Both the position numbers and the translations under genes were made by a program. The notes beneath the pieces were generated by a model. The model was not told the DNA's origin, did no database searches, and saw only the letters and a list, made by a program, of their open reading frames with translations. From Tubiluchus corallicola (Eukaryota; Animalia; Priapulida), in NCBI GenBank assembly GCA_030141605.1, contig JAQGDQ010000270.1, positions 231,793-275,489 of the forward strand: DNA of 43,697 bases. Direction: 5' to 3'. Shown here piece after piece: positions 1 to 8,525 of this stretch. How positions within the stretch are numbered: the first letter of the stretch is position 1; each line of letters starts with the position of its first letter.

Positions 1-18
1 TGTCAATAGTTTTAAGTT

Positions 19-345
19 TTAATTTTTGTTTATATCGCTTACTGCACCAACAAGTTCAATCCATGAGTTCTCTAATTCGCCTAAAAAAACTTTGCCTTTT
101 TGGGTTAGTTCATAATATTTTCGTGGGGGACCCTGTGAGGACTCTTCCCACTTATAGGTTAGAAATTCAGCATTTTTTAAGCGGGTAAGAAGAGGGTATA
201 GTGTGCCTTCCACTACTATCAGTTTTGCCTCTTTCATCTCATTTATTATATCGGAGGCGTATGATGATTTTCGAGAGAGTATAAGTAGTATACAGTATTC
301 TAAGACTCCCTTTCTCATTTGTGCTTTTGTATTTTCCAAGTTCAT
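19..345 (-). CDS. PadR family transcriptional regulator
   Basis: QMRKGVLEYCIL...EGTLYPLLTRL...WEESSQGPPRKYYELT, the typical Bacteroidota PadR winged helix. Confidence 0.93.
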   Translation of the reverse strand: MNLENTKAQMRKGVLEYCILLILSRKSSYASDIINEMKEAKLIVVEGTLYPLLTRLKNAEFLTYKWEESSQGPPRKYYELTQKGKVFLGELENSWIELVGAVSDINKN

Positions 346-376
346 TGTTCCTTATTTTACATTGAAGTGTGCATTG

Positions 377-420
377 CAAATATATAAAATAAACATAGTA
401 CTATGCAATACAAAATACTA
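377..420 (-). promoter_or_regulatory. Bacteroidota sigmaA promoter of padR with a possible autoregulatory operator
   Basis: TATATTTG (TAnnTTTG -7 box) on the minus strand at 377-384; inverted repeat TAGTA-N15-TACTA at 396-420. Confidence 0.55.
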
Positions 421-521
421 ATTTTATTTTTTTTTTTAATTTATTATTGTTTTGCCGTTATTATCTATGTTTTATAAAGTAGCGTATTTTTTGCTTTTCG
501 ATATTTTTTCAATATTGTTAA

Positions 522-529
522 TATATTTG
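522..529 (+). promoter_or_regulatory. -7 promoter box of recO
   Basis: TATATTTG matches TAnnTTTG about 80 bp upstream of the ATG. Confidence 0.45.
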
Positions 530-606
530 AGATGCTTTGAAAGGCTAAACTTTCTGCAAAGGAGCGGTTTTGATATAATATTATAGACAGGGAGTAAGGT
601 AAAAGG

Positions 607-1332
607 ATGCAACATAAGACAAAGTGTATTGTGCTTCGCTCTATTAGGTATGGGGAGAGCGGTGTAATTATTACTGTTTATTCGGAGCTGCTGGGCAGGT
701 TGTCATTTATAATGTATGGGGTTAAGAGTAAGCGTGCGCGGGTGAAAAGCAGCTTTATGCAGCCTCTGTTTTTACTTGAAGTAGATGTTACTTACAGGCC
801 TTCTCGCGAGGTTCAACATGTAAAAGAGGTTAAGAATTATGCTCCTTTTACCTCTATACCATTTGATATTGCAAAGTCGACTCAGGCGATTTTTATTTCT
901 GAGGTTTTGTATAGGGTTTTACAGGAGGAGGAGTCCCGTCCGGAGCTTTTTGGTTTTCTGGAGCGATCTGTTCGTATATTGGATTTACTAAATGAGGGGG
1001 TGGCAAACTTTCATCTTGTTTTTCTTATTATGCTTTCCAGGTACCTGGGCTTTGAGCCAACTTCTAATTACGGAAGTGGCAATAGTATTTTTGATCTTAA
1101 AAGTGGATGTTTTGTGAAGGGTGAACCCGGGCATAGTCATTTTATTCCTCCGGGAGAGAGTGTTGTTTTTTCCCGCCTTATTAAGATGAGTTTTGAGTTG
1201 CTGGCCTCATTTAAAACAGATCATTATCACCGCTTGTTTCTTCTTGAGTCCATTATCGAGTATTATGGATTACATTTGGGAAATCGATTGAATATAAAAT
1301 CACTGGATGTTTTTAGGGAGGTGTTTGGGTAG
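607..1332 (+). CDS. recO: DNA repair protein RecO
   Basis: N-terminal OB fold (KCIVLRSIRYGESGVIITVYSELLGR), LSRYLGFEP and LNIKSLDVFREVF C-terminus. Confidence 0.95.
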   Translation: MQHKTKCIVLRSIRYGESGVIITVYSELLGRLSFIMYGVKSKRARVKSSFMQPLFLLEVDVTYRPSREVQHVKEVKNYAPFTSIPFDIAKSTQAIFISEVLYRVLQEEESRPELFGFLERSVRILDLLNEGVANFHLVFLIMLSRYLGFEPTSNYGSGNSIFDLKSGCFVKGEPGHSHFIPPGESVVFSRLIKMSFELLASFKTDHYHRLFLLESIIEYYGLHLGNRLNIKSLDVFREVFG

Positions 1333-1608
1333 GGAGTAGATATGGTTTTTTGAGCCTATTTTTAAAACACCTGTGGCAGCCAACCTATCTTATCAAAGCT
1401 TGAGCTCTTAGCAAGCCCCTTTTTTTATTAATATTCGCCTCCTTAATATCCCTTATTTACGCTAGTAAACTGCGGGTTTTATCGAATTTTTCCCCAGTAT
1501 AAGTCAAAATTTTCGCCTTGCAAAGGTCTCAGCTGGTAGTTTTGTGCTATACTAAGTTCAGGTAAGCGAAAAATATGGAAAATAGTTTATTGACAATGCT
1601 GTTTTTTT

Positions 1609-1616
1609 TACCTTTG
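1609..1616 (+). promoter_or_regulatory. -7 promoter box of tRNA-Arg
   Basis: TACCTTTG about 38 bp upstream of the tRNA. Confidence 0.55.
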
Positions 1617-1653
1617 AGGCCTGTTTAGGTGCGGTGGCAGGTGTAGTCGATAT

Positions 1654-1725
1654 GGCCCCATAGTTCAAGGGATAGAATAGCAGTTTCCTAAACTGTAGAT
1701 CCAGGTTCGAGTCCTGGTGGGGCTA
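1654..1725 (+). tRNA. tRNA-Arg (anticodon CCT); CCA end not fully encoded
   Basis: Acceptor stem GGCCCCA/TGGGGCT, anticodon arm GCAGT-TTCCTAA-ACTGT, T arm CCAGG-TTCGAGT-CCTGG. Confidence 0.96.
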
Positions 1726-1767
1726 CAAGACAAATTAAGACATTTCGTCGCAAAAACGAGACAAAGC

Positions 1768-2493
1768 TCACAACAGTACATAATTTAAATAGATTTCCAA
1801 GTTTGGTAGTTTTTTTTCCAAGCTACTTATATCTTCTACGTATGTATTGGATAAATCAAGGGTTTTTAACCCTGCTAAAGCTTTAATAGAGCTAATATCT
1901 ACTATCTCAGGGTGATAACTATTACCACTCATTTCAAGAGACTCAATATCTGTAAATGGCGCTAAAGTGTTTTCATCGGGCAGTGGCGCTATAAGTATAA
2001 GTTCCTTTAAATTATTGATATATCCAAACATGGAGAACACCGTTTCTTGATCTAATTCATCGAGAGGTTCCATCTGTATGGCCAGAGTCCTATTTCCACC
2101 TTCCAGCTCCTTAGTGATAATACCATATGAGGAGAGAAACTTAACTGCCTGATTATGTTGAGTATCTGTGTCTTTTCTATAAAGTGGAAGTATAATAAAA
2201 ACTGATAAGAGCCAAATAATCAAAGATATTGGGCCTATACTATTTAGTATTTTTTGAACACTTGTGCGTTTTTGCTTGCGGATGATTTTTGTAGCAAGAG
2301 TTAAAACCAGAGGAGTTGCTGCGATTAACAATGCTTTCCACTATTGAAGCTTATATTTCGTGTTAAGAGTTTCATAGCCCACAATTAACACAATTACCCC
2401 GGCAAGGTATATGATAAATCGGCCGACTCTGGATAACGTGTTTTTTGACGTTTTGTCTAGTAGAGTATTTGGTGTTGCTTTGCTGTTAGTCAT
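1768..2493 (-). pseudogene. Membrane-anchored leucine-rich-repeat protein interrupted by an in-frame TAG
   Basis: ATG at 2493 opens MTNSKATPNTLLDKTSKNTLSRVGRFIIYLAGVIVLIVGYETLNTKYKLQ*WKALLIAATP; TAG at 2341-2343 is in frame with ORF 1768..2331; hydrophobic helices, then LRR-like LKTLDLSNTYVEDISSL. Confidence 0.6.
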
Positions 2494-2636
2494 AACTAAT
2501 ATTGGAATTTATTAACTACTTATATTTTAAGTTGTAAATCCTCAACTAGAAGCGAACTGATTATTGAAGGTGTTAAGTTGCATTTTTTTATTTTCAAGGC
2601 TCGCATTGAGGATAAAGTTAACAAATAATGGCAAGG

Positions 2637-2779
2637 GGTCAATGTTTTTTTAAGTTCTTTTGTCTTGGTACAAAAGCACCAAAAGGTCGATGTTTTTTAT
2701 GCTCTTTTGTTTTGATGCAAGAGAGGTGAAAGGTCAATGTTTTTTTAAGTTCTTTTGTTTTGGTAGAAAATAGGCGAAA
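2637..2779 (+). repeat. Three degenerate 47-48 bp tandem units (end motif of the dispersed structured repeat)
   Basis: Units start with GGTC at 2637, 2685 and 2732; consensus approximately GGTCAATGTTTTTTAAGTTCTTTTGTYTTGRTACAAAAG..AAA; further units near 2995 and 4110-4209. Confidence 0.8.
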
Positions 2780-2998
2780 GGTCAAGCCTGTAAATTCTTT
2801 TGATGAAAAACTACGCTGTCGTCTTCGCTATCTTCTCAAAACTCGCTTTTTTTTAGAAAAAAGGCTCAGACAGTGATAAGATTTTTCGCTTCGTCTTTCG
2901 CTGTTTTTCTATCAAAAGCCTTTAAGGGCATTCCTTTTACTCGCTGTTTCGCTGTTTTCTAGTTAAGAGCTTTTAGTAGTTGCGGTTGTGTTTCAGGG
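2780..2998 (+). repeat. Dispersed structured repeat, part A, copy 1
   Basis: Near-identical to 4202-4370 (AAGCCTGTAAATTCTTTTGATGAAAAACTACGCTGTC...GCTCAGACAGTGATAAGATTTTTCGCTTCG). Confidence 0.9.
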
Positions 2999-3058
2999 TT
3001 TTTTTTAAGTTTTTTTGTTTTGATACAAGAGAGGCAAGTATCAAGCCTTTAGTGGTAT

Positions 3059-3240
3059 TTCTCTGCTTCGCAGAGTTTATAAGGTTCATTTGGTTTCGAC
3101 TTGACGATTTTCCTATGACAATCTGCAAGGTTTTGCGTGGAAGTTACAGTAATTCTTGCAGCTTGGGCCACTATAATCTGCTAGGCTTCAGCTTTATGTC
3201 ATTAACATTAAATAAGTTAAGTTTAATTTAATGAGCGACT
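3059..3240 (+). repeat. Dispersed repeat, part B, copy 1
   Basis: AAGGTTCATYTG...CGATTTTCCTAT...AATCTGCAAGGTTTTGC..GGAAGTT shared with 28323-28486 (+) and 13205-13357 (-). Confidence 0.85.
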
Positions 3241-3368
3241 ATTTATACGGGCTTTATTGCTGAATTTTGCCTCAACCTGAGCCGGACTATTTTGTGTTGC
3301 AGATGTCTGGTAGTTTGTATTGTGCGTTATGAAGAGTATATTTAACAGATAAATATAAAGTTTCAGCA

Positions 3369-4070
3369 ATGGCAAATAGTACGGTTATCAGTTTCTCTGG
3401 AGTTACAAAGCACTTTCCTGTGGGCAGTGGGAGATTTACGGCTCTCAGTGGTGCGACCCTGAGCTTTGAGGAGGGTGAATTTGCCGGCTTGGTAGGGCCC
3501 AGTGGCTCGGGTAAAACCACGTTATTAAACATAGCTGGGCTTCTGGATGCTCCTTCAGATGGTGAGGCGCTGTTTTTGGGGGAGGATGTTACCGGGCTGT
3601 CAGCAAAGCAGGCGGCATGGCTGCGAAGAAAGTACATCGGGTTTATATTTCAGAGCTATAATCTTCTTCCTGTTTATACCGTATATGAGAATATTGAGTT
3701 TCCGCTTCTATTGCTTAAGCTGCCATCGAGTGAGAGGAGAAAGGCTGTTCTTGATGCTGTTGAGTGGGTAGGCCTTACAGACAAGATAAACTCGAAGCCT
3801 TTGCAGCTTTCCGGAGGGGAGAGCCAGCGTGTTTCGATAGCGAGAGCGATGGTTAAAAAGCCCCGGCTGGTACTTGCTGATGAGCCTACTGCAAACCTGG
3901 ATGCAGAGAATTCGAATAAAATTCTTAAAACTATGGAGAGTCTGAATGGCGAGTTGAAAACGACTTTTTTGTTTGCTACACATGATGATAAGGTGTTGAG
4001 ATATCTTCGACGTAAAGTGTATTTGGATGACGGGAAAGTTATAAAGGATGAAAAGGTAGAACAAGGGTAG
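3369..4070 (+). CDS. ABC transporter ATP-binding protein (LolD/MacB-like), orphan
   Basis: Walker A GPSGSGKT, LSGGESQRV signature, Walker B LVLADEPT, ATHD switch. Confidence 0.93.
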   Translation: MANSTVISFSGVTKHFPVGSGRFTALSGATLSFEEGEFAGLVGPSGSGKTTLLNIAGLLDAPSDGEALFLGEDVTGLSAKQAAWLRRKYIGFIFQSYNLLPVYTVYENIEFPLLLLKLPSSERRKAVLDAVEWVGLTDKINSKPLQLSGGESQRVSIARAMVKKPRLVLADEPTANLDAENSNKILKTMESLNGELKTTFLFATHDDKVLRYLRRKVYLDDGKVIKDEKVEQG

Positions 4071-4109
4071 GGAAGCGGATTCCTAACTTTTGTATGACTT
4101 GGAAGTGGA

Positions 4110-4370
4110 TGGGTTTTTTAAGTTTTTTTGTTTTGGTAGAAAAGAGGCGAAAGGTCAAGGATTTTTTTAAGTTTTTTTGTCTTGATACAAAAGAACCAAA
4201 AGATCAAGCCTGTAAATTCTTTTGATGAAAAACTACGCTGTCGGCTTCGCTATCTTCTCAAAACTCGCCTTTTTTCAAAAAAAAAGGCTCAGACAGTGAT
4301 AAGATTTTTCGCTTCGCCTTTCGCTGTTTTCTTGTTAAGAGCTTTTAGTAGTGGTGGTTGTGTTTTAAGG
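4110..4370 (+). repeat. Dispersed structured repeat: two end units plus part A, copy 2
   Basis: Direct repeat of 2732-2998. Confidence 0.9.
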
Positions 4371-4601
4371 AGCGGCTACCTATTTGTACTACCTTCCCGT
4401 TTTATCAAACCCTTTATTTGTGCTGACAAGGAGTGGTTTCTCTGTCTGTTTTTCTTCAATCTGAGCCCAAATAATATTTTCTTACTACAAAGGCCTTGTT
4501 GCCGGATTACCGGAAAGGGAATAGAGCACACTGAGAATTTTCATTTGTGCTGGGTTTTTTCAGCGTTGTTGGATGAGTTTAGGCAGGGGCAGATGGTGTA
4601 G

Positions 4602-4646
4602 AAACATAAAAATACCGGAAGAGAAACTTCCGGTATTTTTATGTTT
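4602..4646. terminator. Intrinsic terminator, probably bidirectional
   Basis: Perfect 20-bp inverted repeat AAACATAAAAATACCGGAAG-AGAAA-CTTCCGGTATTTTTATGTTT downstream of the convergent GLUG gene. Confidence 0.85.
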
Positions 4647-4698
4647 ACACTTTTATTTAGTCTATCAGCATTAAGGTAGATAGACTTATTACTTACTG

Positions 4699-7209
4699 CT
4701 ATCTCAGGTATGGATAATTATAATATATACCCCAAATAGTGAGAAAATTCCAATCTTTATAAGTTTGCCCACTTTGCATCTCAGCTGTGTTTTTCCCTTG
4801 TATCTGTTCATGACTGGAGTCTGAGTCGTCATAGACACTACCGAAATAACTATCTTGTCCCGTTGTATTTTTGTCCCAGAAACACCATTTTACTGTCGTT
4901 CTACTGCTTGTGCTTTTTAAGTAACCTACCATCCCTCCTGACTGGTTTACAGCAGTGCTACTAACCCTTCCGACAGCGTAGCAGTGTTGTAGCAAGAAGG
5001 ATCCAGGATAGACGACATTGGCATACACGGCGCCAATTAAGCCACCAATACTAGTTTCTCCTGTTACACTTCCAGATGCATAACAGTTCTTTATTCTAGC
5101 AGTTATGTATCCACTTCCGTTGATTTCCCCTATAAGTCCACCGGCATAATTACCTAAGCAAGCTACCTCTCCCGAGGCGTAAGATCTCTCAACGTTTATT
5201 GTCGACACAGTCTCCCCTATCAGGCCTCCAACAGCATTATGGGCTTTTACCTTTCCTGTAGAGTAACTTCCTATTACTTGGACTGATAAATCAATGGAAG
5301 CAACAGAGCTCCCTACCAGGCCACCAACTCCCGAGGCTCTATCTCCCTCTACACTCACGCCACTATTACGGCTATCTTCGATAGCTGTTCCTTTTTTACA
5401 TAATCCCACTAGGCCACCAATAGAGGATGCGGCAAAAGTTTCCGATTTTATTTCACTTTCGTTATCTTTTGCAATAATATTGCATTTGGAGATACCCCCA
5501 TTGTAACTTACCCCTACCAAACCACCAACATAGCTTTTCCCATATATTTTCCCCACTTCTACGTTCAGGTCGGTTATTTCCCCGCCACTACCCAAACATC
5601 CAAATAGTCCTACATGATCACTACTGGACAAGGAAATATTGAGATTGTATATTGTGTTTCCCTCACCATCAAACTTACCTCTAAATGTATAGCTGTCATT
5701 AGGCGTACTAGAAGAATTAGAAGCATTGTCTCCAATATATTCTCCTATTGGCGTAAAGCCTTCAGAGGGGAGGCCTGCAGGGAATGCACCGCTACCTGTA
5801 GGTTGAGGCAGGCTTATATCGTTCTTCAGGTTATAATCTTTAGATAGATCATTCCTCATCATATATAAGTCCTGCCAGCTCCTTATATTTCCTGGCTCAT
5901 GCATTACGTGTCGAATGTATTCAAAAGTCTCAGATATACTACCATTATCAAAACTGAGAAATAACTCGAACGAAATATTTTCTGATGGAATATCACTTCT
6001 CCATTTTTCAGGGATAATCTCAGAACTAGATAAATATTCTCCGTCTTGGCTGTTAACCACAATATGTCCAGCCCCTAGTTCAATATAATTATCATTTATG
6101 TCTTTTACCTTTAGGGCGTAGGCATATGTAACATTATTATTCACATTACTCACCTTAAACAAATCTTTCGTTTTTGCATAATCTCCTACCCCTATACGAT
6201 GTTTGCTCTTACTATCCTCGGAGTAGCTATTAACTGTTAAACTGGGCTTGATAGTAGTTACTTTAATGGAATAGTCAACACTTATATTCTCATCCTGGGC
6301 TGTTACCGTGTATATCCTGTTACCAGAGAAAAAACTTTTACCATTATTAGTTACTGATGCATGTTCTGACATTTCAATATTAGGCTCTCCCAGCTCGTCT
6401 ATGTTTATACCCATAAGAACATCTAAAATAATTTCATTACTATCATGGTATATTTTACCTCCAATATCACTAATTAAATCATTACCCTCCCCTGCAGGGA
6501 ATACAAATTCGGTTATTTTTGCATCCTGGCTAGGAAGACCATTATCAACCTCTACACTAAAAGTTTCTTTTTTATTTTTATCTGCAGCAGTGACTTCGTA
6601 TTCTATCTTATTATAGAAGTTCTGAGCTATATTACTTGCCGGTGATATGGATGCACCTGCTGAGTATTCTATACGAGGTATTAAACCATCTCTATTTATG
6701 CCAAAAGGAATTGTTATACTGATAATATTATCTTTATCTGGAGTAGCAGAATAATCTTTATCCAGAGTATTATTATCTATCTGTTTAAACATAAAATTCG
6801 TAATTTCAGCCTTGTCACTAGCTACTTTTACATATACCTCGTAATCTTTTGTACTTTCATCTTCAGCTGTTACTGTATACGTTACTTCCTTATTATTGTC
6901 GAAATCGCGTACATCACCAACTCCGGGATATATAGTAGCGTTTTCATTTGCAAGCACAATCTCGGTGGCTGCCAGTGATGTAAGATCGGTTCCTTTAAGC
7001 ATGAGAACCTCTATTATATTGCGTCCTTCGGAGTTGCTGATAGTTCCGGTTACCCCGGCAAGTACAAACTTATCAATCGCTGTGTTCATCCCCTCTTCTA
7101 CTACTTTTACACTATAAGTAGTACTATTATTGCCTAGTTCTACAGCACACAACCATTCGATTAACACAAAGATATCAGGTATTTTACATTTATCTTGTAT
7201 TATGTTCAT
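4699..7209 (-). CDS. Large surface-type protein: repeated Ig-like (DUF5018-like) domains plus GLUG-motif beta-helix; probably 5'-truncated, usable start possibly 7089
   Basis: Repeated YTVTAED/YEVTAAD/YTVTAQD domains; many VGGLVG/IGGLIG GLUG repeats; WDKNTTGQ...WNFLTIW..YPYL end; no signal peptide. Confidence 0.8.
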   Translation of the reverse strand: MNIIQDKCKIPDIFVLIEWLCAVELGNNSTTYSVKVVEEGMNTAIDKFVLAGVTGTISNSEGRNIIEVLMLKGTDLTSLAATEIVLANENATIYPGVGDVRDFDNNKEVTYTVTAEDESTKDYEVYVKVASDKAEITNFMFKQIDNNTLDKDYSATPDKDNIISITIPFGINRDGLIPRIEYSAGASISPASNIAQNFYNKIEYEVTAADKNKKETFSVEVDNGLPSQDAKITEFVFPAGEGNDLISDIGGKIYHDSNEIILDVLMGINIDELGEPNIEMSEHASVTNNGKSFFSGNRIYTVTAQDENISVDYSIKVTTIKPSLTVNSYSEDSKSKHRIGVGDYAKTKDLFKVSNVNNNVTYAYALKVKDINDNYIELGAGHIVVNSQDGEYLSSSEIIPEKWRSDIPSENISFELFLSFDNGSISETFEYIRHVMHEPGNIRSWQDLYMMRNDLSKDYNLKNDISLPQPTGSGAFPAGLPSEGFTPIGEYIGDNASNSSSTPNDSYTFRGKFDGEGNTIYNLNISLSSSDHVGLFGCLGSGGEITDLNVEVGKIYGKSYVGGLVGVSYNGGISKCNIIAKDNESEIKSETFAASSIGGLVGLCKKGTAIEDSRNSGVSVEGDRASGVGGLVGSSVASIDLSVQVIGSYSTGKVKAHNAVGGLIGETVSTINVERSYASGEVACLGNYAGGLIGEINGSGYITARIKNCYASGSVTGETSIGGLIGAVYANVVYPGSFLLQHCYAVGRVSSTAVNQSGGMVGYLKSTSSRTTVKWCFWDKNTTGQDSYFGSVYDDSDSSHEQIQGKNTAEMQSGQTYKDWNFLTIWGIYYNYPYLR
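7167..7174 (-). promoter_or_regulatory. Possible -7 promoter box inside the first codons of the annotated GLUG ORF
   Basis: TATCTTTG on the minus strand, preceded by AT-rich DNA. Confidence 0.4.
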
Positions 7210-7315
7210 TAAAATTATATTTATTATAATAACATTACATTAAGGTATCTTCTGCTCGTTGTCAGTAGGTCCTCCCCCTCCAATCTTGCCTCCTTGCCTC
7301 TTTTAGATCCTGTTT

Positions 7316-7614
7316 TTAGTTATTATTTTGCCAATATAGAACAGGCCACTTACCAGTCTCCAGCCAGTCCCAATCATCGCCAAACTTCCAGTCAACGAAA
7401 ACTTCAGCTTTAGGATTCGGGCCTGTGTCGTAGTATTTGCCTTCAATTTTGGTAAGGTTATCTGCGGAAGAGACACCATATCCTCCCATAGATTTATTTT
7501 GTCCTGTGCTATCCTTGTCCCAGTAGCTGTTGTTGAATTCACAGTATATACTATACCCCGCCAAACCGCCGACACCTCTCAATTCTCCTGCCTGACTACT
7601 CGTAGCTTCTACAC
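7316..7614 (-). pseudogene. 3' fragment of a second GLUG-motif surface protein, cut by the miniature IS
   Basis: VGGLAG...NSYWDKDSTGQ...FVDWKFGDDW...WPVLYWQ; the frame runs into the element end at 7615. Confidence 0.85.
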
Positions 7615-7876
7615 TGTTTAACTTCAAAACTTATTGGACAAATTGATGCTTAAAGTTAAGAGATAGTTTTATAATTCAAATTCTCTTTTTTATGGTGATG
7701 ATAATTCACTGTTGACTTGTTCGAAACTCGCAGAGTTTTCAATAAATCAAAAGTGCTACACTGCGATTTTCTGATTCCTTTTTCTTTTTTCATTTAGCGT
7801 TTTTATTGGTTATAATTTAAGAAATGTCTCTCTTAATTTTTAAACCAATTTGTCCGAATTAAGCTGAAGATTTACA
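7615..7876 (-). mobile_element. 262-bp MITE-like internal-deletion derivative of the IS3-family element at 20545-22105
   Basis: Reverse complement equals 20545-20623 joined to 21923-22105 (about 2 mismatches seen); both TGT...ACA ends retained. Confidence 0.95.
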
Positions 7877-8097
7877 AAAATTTGACTATTAGAGTTAGTT
7901 ACGACGAAGGTACAACATGGACAGAGGGTAAAAATATCTATCAGGGCAGTTCAGCTTATTCATCTTTAACCATTCTCAAAAATGGAGATATTGGTGTTTT
8001 TTTTGAGAAGGATGATTACAGGGAGAATCCGTTTGTTAGTTTCTCTTTGGAGTGGCTAACAGATGGTATGGATGTTTATAAGAAGCCTTTGAAGTAA
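7877..8097 (+). pseudogene. 3' fragment of a GH33 sialidase
   Basis: Asp-box SYDEGTTW followed by SAYSSL...DIGVFFE, the usual sialidase C-terminus; begins at the element junction. Confidence 0.85.
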
Positions 8098-8411
8098 AGA
8101 GTTGCGAAAAGGCTGGCTTTTATCTTATGCCTATAGTTTTGCTATTTCAGTTTTGGCAGAAAAACAGCCCTGCGTTATCTGGCTGGTAGTTCAGGGTTTA
8201 TTATAAGGTAATGCTACCAGTTCTCGTAGTCATTATAGTAGCAATTTACTTTTCCATGATTAAGGCTTTTCGTCAGTTGCGCTTTTTTGCTTTTTTCATG
8301 TGCTATGGCTATGTTTCGATTATAAAGACAGAATAAATTTTTTTGGGAGCGACAGGGAGGTGTTTATGGCAATTTATAGTTGTAATGTTTTAAAAATATG
8401 ATTGATATTTT

Positions 8412-8419
8412 TATCTTTG
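8412..8419 (+). promoter_or_regulatory. -7 promoter box of nifJ
   Basis: TATCTTTG about 105 bp upstream of the ATG. Confidence 0.55.
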
Positions 8420-8525
8420 TTCCGTTTTCTGCACGAATTGGTTTAATTCAGGGATTGAGGAAGTCGGGTGTTGTATGGGAGAATAGTTAGTTGCCAGGCA
8501 TTAATTAAATAAAAATATTAAAAAG

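Noticed and set aside
2637-2779. Possible CRISPR array
   Set aside because: Units are head-to-tail and degenerate with no unique spacers, and there are no cas genes.
4182-4601. 139-aa ORF, and the 83-aa ORF at 2980-3231
   Set aside because: Both are translations of the non-coding repeat; the frames are not kept in other copies.
1654-8100. Prophage or integrative element at tRNA-Arg
   Set aside because: No integrase, phage genes or duplicated tRNA 3' end.
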